A DNA stretch of 64,000 bases, taken from an uncultured Bacilli bacterium. Lineage in GTDB: Bacteria; Bacillota_I; Bacilli_A; RF39; UBA660. The translations under genes and the position numbers were made by a program. A model generated the notes under the pieces. The model did no database searches. It saw only the letters and a list, made by a program, of their open reading frames with translations, and was not told the origin of the DNA. Location: positions 29,387 to 93,386 of the forward strand of contig CARSXK010000002.1 of NCBI GenBank assembly GCA_949065595.1, read 5' to 3'. Positions 46,841 to 58,617 of this stretch are shown here, one piece after another. Positions within the stretch are counted from its first letter, which is position 1. Each line of letters begins with the position of its first letter.

Positions 46841-47509
46841 CTAAAGATTATTTTTCTTTAGTTCTTTTGTTAACCAACGAATTTTTGTTCTCACTTGATA
46901 GTGTTCTATTCTATATTGTTTTGGAATTTTAGCAACCACCCTTTGATGTTGCTGTAATAAATACTGATAATAAGGAATAGAATCTTTTTTTTGTCTTAAT
47001 AAAGGTCCTAAAAAACATTGTTTAGAAGAATAATGACTTTTTCCTTTTTTCCATTTCATTAAAACATAATATTTATTTCTTTCCAAAACCAATTGTTCTT
47101 CTAGCAAGTAGAATCCTTTTTTTGACATCATTTTTCGAAAAAATGCCCAATCATTATTGGTTTGAATAATAAGTTCAGAAAAAAGATTAACTTTGGGATT
47201 TTCTAAAATAGAAAGAATGGTGGCAGTTCCCATTCCTGCAATGACCGCAACCGCTCCAGAAGGAATATCAATGGTTTCCAGACCATTACTTTGAATGAGT
47301 GAAATTTTGTCCTCATAACCAAAATCAGAAATATTTTTTTTTGCCATTTCCAATACACTGTTACGAACATCACATGCGATACATTGATTTTTTCCTCTTT
47401 GTGTCAGATCAATATCCAAAAATGCATGATCACAACCAATATCCACAACGATCTTATTTTCTGGAATCATGTTTGCAATGGCACGCAACCGAAGTGATAA
47501 CTGCATCAT
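46841..47509 (-). CDS. trmK: tRNA (adenine22-N1)-methyltransferase TrmK
   Basis: LS.RL..IA..I......DIG.DHA.L start; directly downstream of rpoD as in Bacillus. Confidence 0.8.
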   Translation of the reverse strand: MMQLSLRLRAIANMIPENKIVVDIGCDHAFLDIDLTQRGKNQCIACDVRNSVLEMAKKNISDFGYEDKISLIQSNGLETIDIPSGAVAVIAGMGTATILSILENPKVNLFSELIIQTNNDWAFFRKMMSKKGFYLLEEQLVLERNKYYVLMKWKKGKSHYSSKQCFLGPLLRQKKDSIPYYQYLLQQHQRVVAKIPKQYRIEHYQVRTKIRWLTKELKKNNL

Positions 47510-48591
47510 TCCCCCATATAATCTTTTAATTTGCGGGAACGAGAAGGATGTCTTAATTTGCGCAATGCCTTGGCTTCAATTTGCCGAATACGTTCTCTTG
47601 TAACCCCAAATAATTGTCCCACTTCTTCCAATGTTTTGGATTTTCCATCATCCAATCCAAATCGTAAGCGAATGACTTTTTCTTCTCGTTCTGTAAGTGT
47701 TTCTAACACATCATTGATTTCATCCTTTAACATTTCATTGGTCGCATATTCTTCTGGACTCACATTACGTTCATCTTTGATAAAATCCCCCAAATGAGAA
47801 TCATCTTCTTCTCCAATTGGCGTTTCTAAACTCACAGGTTCTTGACTAATTTTATAAATATCTCTAATTTTATCAACTGATATATTCATTTTCTCTGCCA
47901 ATTCTTCTTCGGATGGTTCACGATTCAGTTCCAAAGTAAGTTGACGTTGAATACGCGCTAATTTATTAATGGTTTCAACCATATGAACAGGAACACGAAT
48001 GGTTCTTGCTTGATCCGCAATCGCTCTAGTAATGGCTTGACGAATCCACCATGTTGCATAGGTTGAAAATTTGTATCCTTTGGTTACATCAAATTTATCT
48101 ACAGCTTTCATAAGACCAATATTACCTTCCTGAATCAAATCCAAAAATAACATCCCACGTCCTACATAACGCTTCGCAATACTTACCACCAAACGCAAGT
48201 TGGCTTCTGCTAATGTTGCTTTTGCTTGTGGATCACCTGACAAAATACGATCTGCAAGTTGTAGTTCTTCTTCCATCGACAATAATTTAATTTGACCAAT
48301 TTCTTTCAAATACATCCGAACAGGATCATTAATAGTCAAATCCTTAGTTAAAGTGTTGTCATCTAATAACAGTCTATCCGCATTGCCTTCTTCGCCACTA
48401 GATTCTTCTTCTGATACAATTGCAATACTATTTTCATTGAACAAGTTATATAGTTCATCCAATGCATCTGCATCTAATTCAAGTCCTTTTAAAGATGTTG
48501 CTAATTCTTCATAAGTAATAAATCCCTTTTCTTTTCCTTTTTTTACCAATTCTGTTTTTCTTTCTTCAAATGTTTTAATTTCATTTATCAT
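47506..48591 (-). CDS. rpoD: RNA polymerase primary sigma factor (SigA/RpoD)
   Basis: [57 protein letters not shown], and a region 4 HTH. Confidence 0.95.
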   Translation of the reverse strand: MINEIKTFEERKTELVKKGKEKGFITYEELATSLKGLELDADALDELYNLFNENSIAIVSEEESSGEEGNADRLLLDDNTLTKDLTINDPVRMYLKEIGQIKLLSMEEELQLADRILSGDPQAKATLAEANLRLVVSIAKRYVGRGMLFLDLIQEGNIGLMKAVDKFDVTKGYKFSTYATWWIRQAITRAIADQARTIRVPVHMVETINKLARIQRQLTLELNREPSEEELAEKMNISVDKIRDIYKISQEPVSLETPIGEEDDSHLGDFIKDERNVSPEEYATNEMLKDEINDVLETLTEREEKVIRLRFGLDDGKSKTLEEVGQLFGVTRERIRQIEAKALRKLRHPSRSRKLKDYMGE

Positions 48592-48595
48592 ATTC

Positions 48596-50353
48596 TTATC
48601 CCCTATCCATCATTTCTGTTTTTCTTAATTCCACTATTTTTTGTCCAATTTCAGCTTGTTTCATTGGATCAATTTCCATCCCTAGCATTTCAGTTAATCG
48701 TCTGCACTGAAATTTTACACCATATTCATGAATGGTTTTAATATAATCCATGATTTCATCTAGTGTATATTCTTCTTTCAAGTTCAAATCCAATATTTCA
48801 TTTAATGTTTGCGTAAGTGTTTCATCTTTTTGTATAGAAGTCATAAAGTCCGCTATATTAAATCTATGATAATCTTGATAAAAACAAGCGATTTGAATTG
48901 CCAACAATCGATATGCTTTGGTTGGCATATATGTAATATGTTTTTGATACAACTGAATCACTTCAGATGATTCCAACATATAATAAATAAGATTTTTTTC
49001 TGCTTGTTCATATTTGGTCAATTTTATATTTTGTTTTTTTGAAGTAATCACTACTGGTTTTTCAACCTGTTTCATTTGATCCTTTAAAAATTGTTCTTCC
49101 AAATGGGTTTCTTGACTGAGCCTTTGAATGGTCAGTTCTCTCAAAACCACGTCATCCGTTTTTTCGAGTTCTTTTAAAACTTCTTTGACATAATCTGCAA
49201 TATCATTATTACTAGAAAAATCTTTCTTATTCTTTAAATAATTGAGTTTAAAATCCATAACATTCATAGGATTTTCCAATTTCCTAAAGAAAGCTTCTTT
49301 TCCATATTTCAAAATATATTCATCTGGGTCTAAATTTTCCTCCAAACGAATAATTTTAGGTGTTACATCTATCTTGAGTAATTCATTGGAACATGACATT
49401 GTTGCTTTTGCCCCAGCATCATCTCCATCAAAACAAAGAACTACTTCTTTCGCCATTCGTTTGAGTAACAACGCTTGTTCCTTGGTCACAGCGGTTCCCA
49501 TAGTTGCTACTACATTGGTAATTCCAACACTAAAGGCACGAATCACATCCATAAATCCTTCCATTACAATAACTTGTCCAATTTTTCTTGCTTCATTTTT
49601 AGCGCTATGATAATGGTAGAGAAGTTCCCCTTTTTTAAATATTTCTGTTTCTTTTGTATTGACATATTTGGCAGTGTCATTACTCTGATAAATTCTCCCA
49701 CTAAATCCAATGACTTTTCCTTCCAAGTCCCAAAGTGGAAACATGATACGGTTATAATATACATCGTGAAATCCTTTTTCATTTTCATTGACCAATCCAG
49801 TTTTTAAAAGCAACTTGGATGGGTATTCTTTTTTCAAAAGCAATTTGGTTAACATTTCTGTATTTTTTAAAGATAAGCCGATTCCAAATTCTTTGATGAT
49901 ATCAGAATGGATACCACGCTTGTCCAAATAGTTTTTTGCCTCTTTTCCCATAGTAGTATTGATGTTATTTTGATAAAACTTAAAGGCCAAATCATATATT
50001 TCATAATAAGATTGGTATTTTTGGGGTACTGAAGCACGACTTGTTTCAATTTGTACTGGAATCCCCACTTTATCAGCAAGTAGCTTTACTGCTTCTAAAA
50101 AATGAATATTTTCATAATCCATCACAAATTTGAAAACATTTCCCCCAGCACCACAAGAAAAGCATCGATATATTTGCTTTTCTTTTGATACACTCATACT
50201 TGGAGAATGGTCATCGTGAAATGGACATACCCCAAAAAAACTCTTTCCTTTCGCAACCAAAGGAATATAACTAGATATGATGTCCACAATATCAACAGAT
50301 TCGCGAATATGATTGATTTGTTGTTCTGATAATTGATATGTATTTTCCATCAT
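48596..50353 (-). CDS. dnaG: DNA primase
   Basis: Zn-ribbon [11 protein letters not shown]...CFSCG..GN, Toprim EG.MDVI...DGD.AG; upstream of rpoD. Confidence 0.95.
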   Translation of the reverse strand: MMENTYQLSEQQINHIRESVDIVDIISSYIPLVAKGKSFFGVCPFHDDHSPSMSVSKEKQIYRCFSCGAGGNVFKFVMDYENIHFLEAVKLLADKVGIPVQIETSRASVPQKYQSYYEIYDLAFKFYQNNINTTMGKEAKNYLDKRGIHSDIIKEFGIGLSLKNTEMLTKLLLKKEYPSKLLLKTGLVNENEKGFHDVYYNRIMFPLWDLEGKVIGFSGRIYQSNDTAKYVNTKETEIFKKGELLYHYHSAKNEARKIGQVIVMEGFMDVIRAFSVGITNVVATMGTAVTKEQALLLKRMAKEVVLCFDGDDAGAKATMSCSNELLKIDVTPKIIRLEENLDPDEYILKYGKEAFFRKLENPMNVMDFKLNYLKNKKDFSSNNDIADYVKEVLKELEKTDDVVLRELTIQRLSQETHLEEQFLKDQMKQVEKPVVITSKKQNIKLTKYEQAEKNLIYYMLESSEVIQLYQKHITYMPTKAYRLLAIQIACFYQDYHRFNIADFMTSIQKDETLTQTLNEILDLNLKEEYTLDEIMDYIKTIHEYGVKFQCRRLTEMLGMEIDPMKQAEIGQKIVELRKTEMMDRG

Positions 50354-50403
50354 AACACTCTCCTATTTATAATATACGACAAAACTTTTCAATTTCCTTT
50401 TTT

Positions 50404-51348
50404 TTAAATTAAAAAAGTTGTTTCATTGACAAATGAATATTCTGTTTTATATTTCAACTCTCTTACAAGACGAAACAATGCTTCTTCTTTCATTTTGGCT
50501 TCTATCATAACATCAAAATCTTGATTTGTAAATTGAATTTTCTTTAAAAAATCAATAAAATCATTACTATTAATATAATCATGATGACTTCGTTTTTCTT
50601 TTTTACTTTTAGGAGAAGACATATGAATTTTCGGATTTTCAAAACGATCTGACCAAGTGGCAAAAATACGCTCTATATAATCCTCTATTTTTTCATGATT
50701 GTGATTGCACTTATAATGATGATAGTCCAGTACCATAGGAATTTTAAGCTTTTCGCATAAAGAAAGAGTATTACGAATATTAAAGGTTTTATCATCATTT
50801 TCCAAAACTATCATTTTTTGTAATTTTGGATTCAACCGTTTAAAATTCTCTTCAAATCGCCGCATGGCTTCTTTCTTTCCACCCACACTACTTCCAATAT
50901 GTAAAATCAAAATACTATCCAGATGCATTGCTTGTAACATATCTTGATAAAACTGAAGGATATGAATTGTTTGATCTACAACAGCAGGATTTACACTATT
51001 CAGTACACAAAATTGATCAGGATGCAAATCAATGCGCAATTGATTTTTTTGTATATAAGACCCTATCGCATTCCATTCTTTTTGATAAGGTTTCCATACT
51101 TCATATGATACATCAGGGTGTGTTCCAAGTGGAATCAAATTACAAGTCATACGAAAAAAGGTAATGCCATTGCACACATTGTATTTTAAAATTTCTTGAA
51201 AAGCATCTAAATTAGATAAAATCGTTTGATGAATTTTCTCATTTCCTCTTTTTTTTCCAAGCTTCTGGTAGTGCGAATATGTTACTGTAGAAGATGATGT
51301 CAGTGGTAGCGCAACTGGTAAAGCAACATAGCCAAGTCTGATTTGCAT
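50404..51348 (-). CDS. uvsE: UV damage endonuclease UvsE/UvdE
   Basis: MQIRLGYVA start, TIM-barrel-like H/D/E pattern (FRMT.NLIP, HPDQF, LH.GS, LEND). ATG at 51348 follows RBS AGAGGTGA. Confidence 0.8.
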   Translation of the reverse strand: MQIRLGYVALPVALPLTSSSTVTYSHYQKLGKKRGNEKIHQTILSNLDAFQEILKYNVCNGITFFRMTCNLIPLGTHPDVSYEVWKPYQKEWNAIGSYIQKNQLRIDLHPDQFCVLNSVNPAVVDQTIHILQFYQDMLQAMHLDSILILHIGSSVGGKKEAMRRFEENFKRLNPKLQKMIVLENDDKTFNIRNTLSLCEKLKIPMVLDYHHYKCNHNHEKIEDYIERIFATWSDRFENPKIHMSSPKSKKEKRSHHDYINSNDFIDFLKKIQFTNQDFDVMIEAKMKEEALFRLVRELKYKTEYSFVNETTFLI

Positions 51349-51478
51349 AATATCACCTCTACTATTATGAGAAAAAGAAGCCAATTTATGAATATGATTT
51401 GATGAAAAATTTGATTGAAAGACACCAATCAAAAAGGAACCATGCAGTTCCTTAATCTATATAAACGCTAACTTGCGA

Positions 51479-53593
51479 TTAGCGAGCCACATAACGTGTT
51501 TTTATTTGTACATCACGATAAATTTTAAATTCAATCATTCCATGAATATGAGTGGTGTAAATAATACTATCTTTTAAACGATTTAGTGTTTCAAAATGAG
51601 GATGGGAAAAACGATTGTTGACGCCTGCTGATATCAAGGCGTACTTTGGACGAATTTGATTTAAAAACTGTGAGGATGTACTGCCTTTAGAACCATGATG
51701 TCCTACTTTTAAAATATCAATTTTTGGCAAACATGTAGTTTCTAATAGTTTTTTTTCTGCTTCTTCTCCTGCATCTCCCATCAATAATATATTCGATTGA
51801 TACACTCTTGTATACACAATTAAACTATCTTCATTCTCATTTGTCCGATTTTGTGTATTCAAAAAATAAAGTGTATTCTTTCCAATTTCTATTTTTCCAT
51901 TAGAAAGAAAAAAAACAGGAATTTGTTTTTCTTTTGCTTTTGAATAAATTTTTTCCTCATTTTGATTTAGATTCCCAGAATTCATTACAATTTGTTTGAC
52001 ACAAAACTGATCCAATAATGTCTCTGCTTCCCCTATATGGTCGTAGTCGCCATGGGTTAAAATCAAATAATCAAGACAATGAATGCCAACAGAACGCAAG
52101 TATGGAATCAATGTAGATTTTCCAATGGAATAATTGCTTTTTCTTCTTTGCCATGGTTTTTCCTGGTAGGAAATCAATCCCCCAGTATCCACTAATATAT
52201 TTCCTTGATTATAAGGAAATCTCATTAACGTAGAATCCCCTTGTCCCACATCAATCATCGTCAAAATAAAATGAGGATTAAAAAATGCTATATGATAATG
52301 AAGACATAGGATGCCTATGAAAAAAAGAAATGGTTTGTATCGCTTTTTTAAAAATGAGGCTAAAACAAAAACAATAATGATATAATAACAAAAGAAAACA
52401 GGTAAAGAAATATACGCAAAAGAAAACGTGAAACAAGAAAACTGATTGGCAAATTCCATAGTGGTATTCAAAATGAAAAGCAACCCATCCATTAGAAAAT
52501 AAAGATAAGGGCAAAAAAGGCAAATCACACAAATGGGAAATAAAAGTAAAGACACAAATGGAACAAAAAACAAATTCCATATAGGTGTTAAAAAATTCAC
52601 TTGGAAAAAATTGCGAATCATAATAGGAACACCCATCCAAAAAGAAATCCATGAAGTTTGAAATATTTGTTTTAAATAACTTTGTTTCTGTTGAAATCGG
52701 CTAAAATATAACAAAGAAAAACTGATTAAAAAACTAAATTGAAAACCCAAATGAAAACAATAATAAGGATTATAAATAAGCATTAAAATCCAAATAAGGA
52801 ATAATAGAAAAAAAGAAGATACCTTCCATTTCCAAAGTTTTTTCATCCATAAAAGGATAAAAAAGGAGCTTGCTCTTACTACGGAAGGTGAAAAGTTGGT
52901 AAGAAAACTATAAAAAGATAAAAAAAGGAATAAAAGAATACCTTGCATCCACTCTTTATGAATCCCCTTTTTCATAATCCATAGCAGCATACCTACCAAT
53001 AAATGAATATGCATACCTGAAATGGCAAATAAATGGCTAATGCCAAGCACTTGTGCACTCTCCTTAAAATCAGAATCCACTTCACTAGAATCACCTAATA
53101 GTAAATATTTAAAATAAAGTCCATTTTTTCTTTTGTCTATTTGTTTATAAATCTTATCTTTCCATTGATAAAAAAAACTCAAATTTTTTCCTACCAAATC
53201 AATAAAAGTCGCATCCATTATCCAAAATATTTGCTTGGATTTTAAATAATTTTGATAATGAAATAAATGAAAATTACGATTACTAGAAGGTTGTTTTAAA
53301 ATACCATTCACTTCTATTTGATAACCCAAACGATATTGATTTTTAAAATCTAATTTTTCTTGTTCTGTAGAAAATGTATATTGAACCATTATTTTTTCTT
53401 TGGCTTGTAATACTAACTTAAGCCTATTTCCATCTATTTGGTAAGAAAGAAGCACTCCTTTCATCTGGGTATCTTCCTTTGTATATATTGTTTGAAAACA
53501 AATAATTCGCAAAATAATTGCCAAAAAGACAACACTGAAAAAAATACTATATCGTAATATAATCTTTGATTTTTTCAAAAATCTTTTCTCCAA
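51479..53593 (-). CDS. comEC: DNA internalization competence protein ComEC/Rec2
   Basis: Polytopic competence domain (GISHLFAISGMH) plus a C-terminal metallo-beta-lactamase domain (IDVGQGDS, HGDYDH, VGHHGS). Confidence 0.9.
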   Translation of the reverse strand: MEKRFLKKSKIILRYSIFFSVVFLAIILRIICFQTIYTKEDTQMKGVLLSYQIDGNRLKLVLQAKEKIMVQYTFSTEQEKLDFKNQYRLGYQIEVNGILKQPSSNRNFHLFHYQNYLKSKQIFWIMDATFIDLVGKNLSFFYQWKDKIYKQIDKRKNGLYFKYLLLGDSSEVDSDFKESAQVLGISHLFAISGMHIHLLVGMLLWIMKKGIHKEWMQGILLFLFLSFYSFLTNFSPSVVRASSFFILLWMKKLWKWKVSSFFLLFLIWILMLIYNPYYCFHLGFQFSFLISFSLLYFSRFQQKQSYLKQIFQTSWISFWMGVPIMIRNFFQVNFLTPIWNLFFVPFVSLLLFPICVICLFCPYLYFLMDGLLFILNTTMEFANQFSCFTFSFAYISLPVFFCYYIIIVFVLASFLKKRYKPFLFFIGILCLHYHIAFFNPHFILTMIDVGQGDSTLMRFPYNQGNILVDTGGLISYQEKPWQRRKSNYSIGKSTLIPYLRSVGIHCLDYLILTHGDYDHIGEAETLLDQFCVKQIVMNSGNLNQNEEKIYSKAKEKQIPVFFLSNGKIEIGKNTLYFLNTQNRTNENEDSLIVYTRVYQSNILLMGDAGEEAEKKLLETTCLPKIDILKVGHHGSKGSTSSQFLNQIRPKYALISAGVNNRFSHPHFETLNRLKDSIIYTTHIHGMIEFKIYRDVQIKTRYVAR

Positions 53594-54245
53594 TTCCTTT
53601 GATATCCTTTAACTCTTCAATTGTTTCAAATGGTTTGTTTTCACGGTACTCAATTATAATTTTGGCCTTGGCTTCTCCAATTCCAGATAACATTTCCAAT
53701 TCCTTTTGTGTTGCTTCATTCAATGATATTTTTTCAGATAGTGTTGCATCTGGATGACTTGGTTTAGGTTCAATGCAAGCATCATTGACATCATCAGGAC
53801 AGGTACATTCTGGCTCTATATAGACATATTCTATTTTGGTTTGTGCATTTTGATATGCTGCCATTTCTTCTTTGGTGTATACAATAATCACCATTTCATC
53901 CTCTATATGTTTACTCAAATTAATACGTGATAAATCAGCATTCTCTAAAGTCCCACCTGCTTGATAAATAACATCATTTACACGAGAACCTTCTCTCATC
54001 TCATAAACCCCTGGGGCTGCCACTGCTCCTTTGAGATCCACACGAATGATATCATCCGGTTTTGATGATTCTTCTAAATGGGAACCGATGGGTGTAGGAA
54101 CAACTGTTTCATCAATACTTTCACTACTCGCTTTGGATTTGGGTAATAAAATCAATAAAAATAAAAAACAAGTAAAAAAGCAGACCATTCCAATTCCTAA
54201 TTCTTTCCGATAATGATATAGATATCTTTTGACTTTTTGATTCAT
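53547..54245 (-). CDS. comEA: competence protein ComEA (SLBB + helix-hairpin-helix DNA receptor)
   Basis: TM anchor; VDLKGAVAAPGVYEM SLBB; C-terminal LN.AT..ELE.L.GIGE.KA..II.YR...PF HhH. Confidence 0.85.
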   Translation of the reverse strand: MNQKVKRYLYHYRKELGIGMVCFFTCFLFLLILLPKSKASSESIDETVVPTPIGSHLEESSKPDDIIRVDLKGAVAAPGVYEMREGSRVNDVIYQAGGTLENADLSRINLSKHIEDEMVIIVYTKEEMAAYQNAQTKIEYVYIEPECTCPDDVNDACIEPKPSHPDATLSEKISLNEATQKELEMLSGIGEAKAKIIIEYRENKPFETIEELKDIKGIGEKIFEKIKDYITI

Positions 54246-54315
54246 AATTCACCTCCTCACTATTAATATAGTATCAAGAAAATTGATTTCCTTCTTGAAA
54301 GTAAAAAAAAAGAAA

Positions 54316-54660
54316 CTAAATCCATTTTGTTGTTATGGGAAATTTAATTTCTATTTTAATATAATCATGATATAAGGCAATGACATCCATAATATCCCCA
54401 AAGGAAATGCTTATATCTTTTCGATAATAATTTTGCACAAACCGATAAAAACTAGGTGAAGTCACATAAACATACATCACTTGATCCAGTTGTTTCGCCA
54501 TATCCAATTTTTTGGAATCAATAACATCAATTTGAAATAAGTATTCTTGATATGCAGAAATCAATTTCTCTGTAATATCATCATATAAAGAATAATGAAA
54601 ATTTAAAATGGTATCATAATATTTACAACATACAAGCACTTCTTCAATTTGTCCTTGCAT
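54316..54660 (-). CDS. hypothetical protein
   Basis: 114-aa ORF filling the gap between comEA and rseP; no motif recognised. Confidence 0.4.
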   Translation of the reverse strand: MQGQIEEVLVCCKYYDTILNFHYSLYDDITEKLISAYQEYLFQIDVIDSKKLDMAKQLDQVMYVYVTSPSFYRFVQNYYRKDISISFGDIMDVIALYHDYIKIEIKFPITTKWI

Positions 54661-54672
54661 TTCAACACTCCT

Positions 54673-55713
54673 TTATTGAAACAAACGAATGATATCATGA
54701 TAAGTAATAAATACCATTAAAATCATGAGCAATATAAATCCAACACTGTGAACCATATTTTCAACTTTTGGACTAATACGACTTCCTTTTATTTTTTCAA
54801 TCACCAAAAATAAAAGCCTTCCCCCATCAAAAGCAGGTAACGGAATAAAATTGATAAACCCAACATTGATACATAGGTAAGCGATCAAATATAATAAATT
54901 GATAAACCCTGCTTTGGCTGTTTCTCCTACAATGTTAAAAATACCAACTGGTCCTGCTAGATTATCCAAACTGAGTTTTCCTGTAAATAAATAACCAATA
55001 ATCAAACCCATTTGTTCTACCAAACTACCTGTTTTTGCAAAAGCATAACGAATGGATGCTAAAAAGCCTGATTCTGTTTCATTTTGTAAGGTAAATCCAT
55101 AGCGGTATCCCTTCACACCATCCTCTTCCGTTAAAACAGGGTTGACAGATACGGTTTCTATCTCACCATTTTCATGTTTCACCGTAATCAAAAGTGTTTC
55201 TCCTGTATGAACCTGTAATTCCAATAATAAGCGATCCATAGAACGAATTTTGTTATCATTGATTTTCACAATCAAATCACCAGATGTAATTTGCGTATCT
55301 GCAATGGGATAAGTGGAATCGAGTGTATCAATATAAGGTTTAGTCGCAGGTGTACCATGGATAAGCGCAACCACAAATAAAAGAACAATGGCAAGGATAA
55401 AATTAAATAATACCCCAGCCGATATGGTCATAAATCTTTGAAACCAAGGTTTATTACACATCTGTTGATTGGCAGGAATGGCATCATCACTTTCCAAATC
55501 TTCCCCCGCCATACTAACAAAGCCTCCAATTGGAAATAAGCGAATTGCATAAATTGTTTCATCATTTTTTCGTTTAAAATGAAAAATTCTAGGTCCCATC
55601 CCAAGGGAAAATTCATATACATAAATACCTGCTTTTTTGGCAAATAGAAAATGCCCTAGTTCATGAACCATAATAGTTACACTTAATACAAAGATAAAAT
55701 AAATGAGCGTCAT
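54673..55713 (-). CDS. rseP: RIP metalloprotease RseP (site-2 protease)
   Basis: HELGHF zinc motif, PDZ, N.LP.P.FDGGR second motif. ATG at 55713 follows RBS AGAGGTAA. Confidence 0.9.
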   Translation of the reverse strand: MTLIYFIFVLSVTIMVHELGHFLFAKKAGIYVYEFSLGMGPRIFHFKRKNDETIYAIRLFPIGGFVSMAGEDLESDDAIPANQQMCNKPWFQRFMTISAGVLFNFILAIVLLFVVALIHGTPATKPYIDTLDSTYPIADTQITSGDLIVKINDNKIRSMDRLLLELQVHTGETLLITVKHENGEIETVSVNPVLTEEDGVKGYRYGFTLQNETESGFLASIRYAFAKTGSLVEQMGLIIGYLFTGKLSLDNLAGPVGIFNIVGETAKAGFINLLYLIAYLCINVGFINFIPLPAFDGGRLLFLVIEKIKGSRISPKVENMVHSVGFILLMILMVFITYHDIIRLFQ

Positions 55714-55726
55714 AATTACCTCTTTT

Positions 55727-56524
55727 CTATATAAGGGAAAGAAAGAAAACAAAACCAAGTACTACAAATATAATACTATCCATGCGATCTAAAATACCTC
55801 CATGCCCTGGCATGATATGAGAAAAATCTTTTTTTCCATAATAACGTTTCATTGCAGAAAATACCAAATCACCAAATTGTCCAAGAATGGATAGAAAAAG
55901 CGTCACTGGAATCAAAATGGAAAATGCCAAGGTTGAATCTACAATGGTATGATAAAAAGTAACTGCAACAAAGACTCCAAAAAAAGTACCACCGATCGTT
56001 CCTTCCCATGTTTTATTTGGCGAAATTGATGTGAATTGTCTTTTTCCAATTAATTTACCTGTAATTAAAGCATATGTATCTGTAATAGCAGTTATTAAAA
56101 ACAAGTAAAACAAAATACTCATTTGATAGTGTCTTAAAGAAATAATAAATGAAAAGCTAGATCCCAAAAAGAATATACCACCGATTAAATAAAAAGCATC
56201 AGTTATATTATAAATTTTTTTCTCATGATACAAAACAGTAGGAAGCAAAAATACCAAAAATAATCCAGCAAGAATACGATAATCAATGGTAAATAATAAA
56301 GTATTAGAAGATAGATTCCCAAGTACCAAAAAAGTAAGTGCGATATAAGAGATAAAACCAATAAAAATAGGCAATTCTTTTTCACTTTCCATCATACGTA
56401 AAAATTCCCATAATCCAAGAATGGATAAGATATAAATCGCAATTGTAAAAGGAATTCCCCCAATCAGAAAAAGGGGTACTATAATAAGAAGGGCAACAGA
56501 TGCACTAATGGTTCTTCGAATCAT
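55727..56524 (-). CDS. cdsA: phosphatidate cytidylyltransferase
   Basis: C-terminal S..KR....KD....PGHGG.LDR.DS signature. ATG at 56524 follows GGAGGTGGGG. Confidence 0.9.
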   Translation of the reverse strand: MIRRTISASVALLIIVPLFLIGGIPFTIAIYILSILGLWEFLRMMESEKELPIFIGFISYIALTFLVLGNLSSNTLLFTIDYRILAGLFLVFLLPTVLYHEKKIYNITDAFYLIGGIFFLGSSFSFIISLRHYQMSILFYLFLITAITDTYALITGKLIGKRQFTSISPNKTWEGTIGGTFFGVFVAVTFYHTIVDSTLAFSILIPVTLFLSILGQFGDLVFSAMKRYYGKKDFSHIMPGHGGILDRMDSIIFVVLGFVFFLSLI

Positions 56525-57236
56525 TGTCCCCACCTCCAAATTTACGGTTTCTTTTTTGATATTCTAAAAGAGCAATATCAAATTGTGCTGCATCAAAATC
56601 GGGAAAAAAGGTTTTAGAAAAATAGAACTCTGCATAAGAAAGTTGCCATAGCATAAAATTACTGATGCGTTGTTCTCCGCTTGTTCGAATTAAAAAATCA
56701 ATCGGATCCAAATTCTGATATAAGTATTGGTTAAACATTTCTTCATCCAATTGTTCTAAATTAAGCTTATTAAAAGACACATCTTCACATATTTTTTTAC
56801 AAGCATCTATTATTTCAATATGCCCACCATAATTCAGACAAATATTTAAAATTCCACCAGTATTATGTTTCGTACTTTCTGCTACTTCTTGCATTGATGC
56901 CCAAACTTTATCAGTTAATGGCTCTTTTCTTCCTGAAAATACAATACGAATATTTTTATCTTTATAAAATTGAAATTCGTTTTGAAAAGCATGAATAAAT
57001 AATTTCATTAAATAATCGATTTCTTTTTGGCTCCTTTTAAAATTTTCTGTAGAAAAAGCAAAAATGCTTAATATCTTTACTCCTTTTTGAAAAATATACT
57101 GACTTAATTCCTTAATTTGATCCACCCCAGCGCGATGTCCTTCTGTATTAGATAAACCATGCTGTTTTGCCCATCTACGGTTGCCATCCATAATAATTGC
57201 GACATGATTTGGAATTTGTAGACTTGAATTCTCCAT
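56505..57236 (-). CDS. uppS: isoprenyl transferase (undecaprenyl diphosphate synthase)
   Basis: HVAIIMDGNRRWA, FAFSTENF.R, RTSGE.R.SNF.LWQ.SYAE. Confidence 0.9.
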   Translation of the reverse strand: MENSSLQIPNHVAIIMDGNRRWAKQHGLSNTEGHRAGVDQIKELSQYIFQKGVKILSIFAFSTENFKRSQKEIDYLMKLFIHAFQNEFQFYKDKNIRIVFSGRKEPLTDKVWASMQEVAESTKHNTGGILNICLNYGGHIEIIDACKKICEDVSFNKLNLEQLDEEMFNQYLYQNLDPIDFLIRTSGEQRISNFMLWQLSYAEFYFSKTFFPDFDAAQFDIALLEYQKRNRKFGGGDNDSKNH

Positions 57237-57312
57237 CTTGTTACCTCTCAATTCTATTTCTATTATAGTATAAAATAGTACGAGATACAAGAAAAATTAG
57301 AACCAAATGATT

Positions 57313-58305
57313 CTAATTTTCTGCTTCTTCCAACATATTTACAACTAAAATTCCATAACCCTTATTAGGCGCATCGACAACGACATGGGTAACAGCACCT
57401 ACAATATAATCTCCTTGTATAATTGTAGAACCACTCATTCCCTGTACTACACCACCTGTTTGTTCTAATAATTTAGAATCTGTAATTTCAAATAAAATAT
57501 TTTTGGTTTTTTGTTTTGCATTATTGTTAACTTTTAAAATTTGAATATCATACTCACCAATTTCATTTCCTGCAATTACAGTCAATAATTTGGCTTCTCC
57601 TAATTTAACATCTTCAAAAGAAGCTACTTTGTATAATTTTTTGTTTGGAATTTCGCCCGTAAAGATACCAAAAATACCACTTTCTGTGTTTTCTTTGATG
57701 GTACCATTTTGACTTGTCATATCAAACTTTGCATTCTTGCTCCCTGGAGTTCCTTCTTCACTACGGTCAATACTTGTAACAGAAGCATCAAAGATTTTTC
57801 CATCTTTTACTTCTAAAATTTTTCCTGTATTTTTCTCTGTTATCTCATGTCCTAAAGCGCCAAATATTTTAGTATTTGGATCAATAAAACTCAATGTTCC
57901 AATTCCTGTAATACTATCTTTAACATATAAACCTGTTTTAAATACATCCTCTTCTTTAACAATATTTAAAGTGGTACTTAAAGTTTTATTGGATCTTTCA
58001 TATGTTATTTTTAAAGACAGTGACTCCGAAGCATTGATTTTAGCAACCATATCATTAATATTTTCAACGTTTTCACCGTTGATTTGCACAATTTTATCTC
58101 CCAACATGAGTCCTGCATCACTTGCAGGATATGTTCCGTTGACTTCATAGACACCGACTACTAAAATACCTTTTGAATGAATTTGAATTCCAATATTTTC
58201 GCCACCAGGAATTAGATATTCTGAATAAGCAAAGACTTGAAATGGCATAATAAATAATGAAAGAAGTAATAATGTTGCTGATTTTTTAAATTTTTTAAAA
58301 ATCAT
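57313..58305 (-). CDS. spoIVB: SpoIVB peptidase (S55)
   Basis: Signal/TM, PDZ (GDKIVQINGE), GTLSF..P....FGALGH, and catalytic GMSGS near the C-terminus. Confidence 0.85.
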   Translation of the reverse strand: MIFKKFKKSATLLLLSLFIMPFQVFAYSEYLIPGGENIGIQIHSKGILVVGVYEVNGTYPASDAGLMLGDKIVQINGENVENINDMVAKINASESLSLKITYERSNKTLSTTLNIVKEEDVFKTGLYVKDSITGIGTLSFIDPNTKIFGALGHEITEKNTGKILEVKDGKIFDASVTSIDRSEEGTPGSKNAKFDMTSQNGTIKENTESGIFGIFTGEIPNKKLYKVASFEDVKLGEAKLLTVIAGNEIGEYDIQILKVNNNAKQKTKNILFEITDSKLLEQTGGVVQGMSGSTIIQGDYIVGAVTHVVVDAPNKGYGILVVNMLEEAEN

Positions 58306-58391
58306 TTTTACATCTCCTTCTTTGGCAGACTACATTATTATTATGCATACACATTATTTTTTTAAACAAGAAAAAAATACCCAATAAGGTA

Positions 58392-58616
58392 TTAATTGTC
58401 AATTGGTTCAAAATCCTCTGTTTCTCCTGTTTCTAACACAATTTTACTTACTTGTGTTTCAATATCTTTTAATTTAGAATCGCATTCTTTTACCAATTGC
58501 ATAGCCATCGTATATTTTGAAATCGACTCATCCAAATCAATTTCTCCTGTTTCTAAAGCATTGATAATTTCTTCTAATTCTTTTATGTTTTCTTCAAATT
58601 TTTTTTCTTTTGCCAT
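58392..58616 (-). CDS. xseB: exodeoxyribonuclease VII small subunit
   Basis: 74 aa; FEE....LE.I...LE.G...L.ES pattern; abuts xseA. Confidence 0.85.
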   Translation of the reverse strand: MAKEKKFEENIKELEEIINALETGEIDLDESISKYTMAMQLVKECDSKLKDIETQVSKIVLETGETEDFEPIDN

Positions 58617-58617
58617 A

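Noticed and set aside
52278-52652. 124-aa alternative-frame ORF inside comEC (and analogous ORFs at 10598-10783, 10953-11261, 45475-45726, 49242-49807, 57737-58150, 61648-62656, 63022-63336)
   Set aside because: They overlap well-supported conserved genes, and their composition reflects the complementary or shifted frame of those genes.
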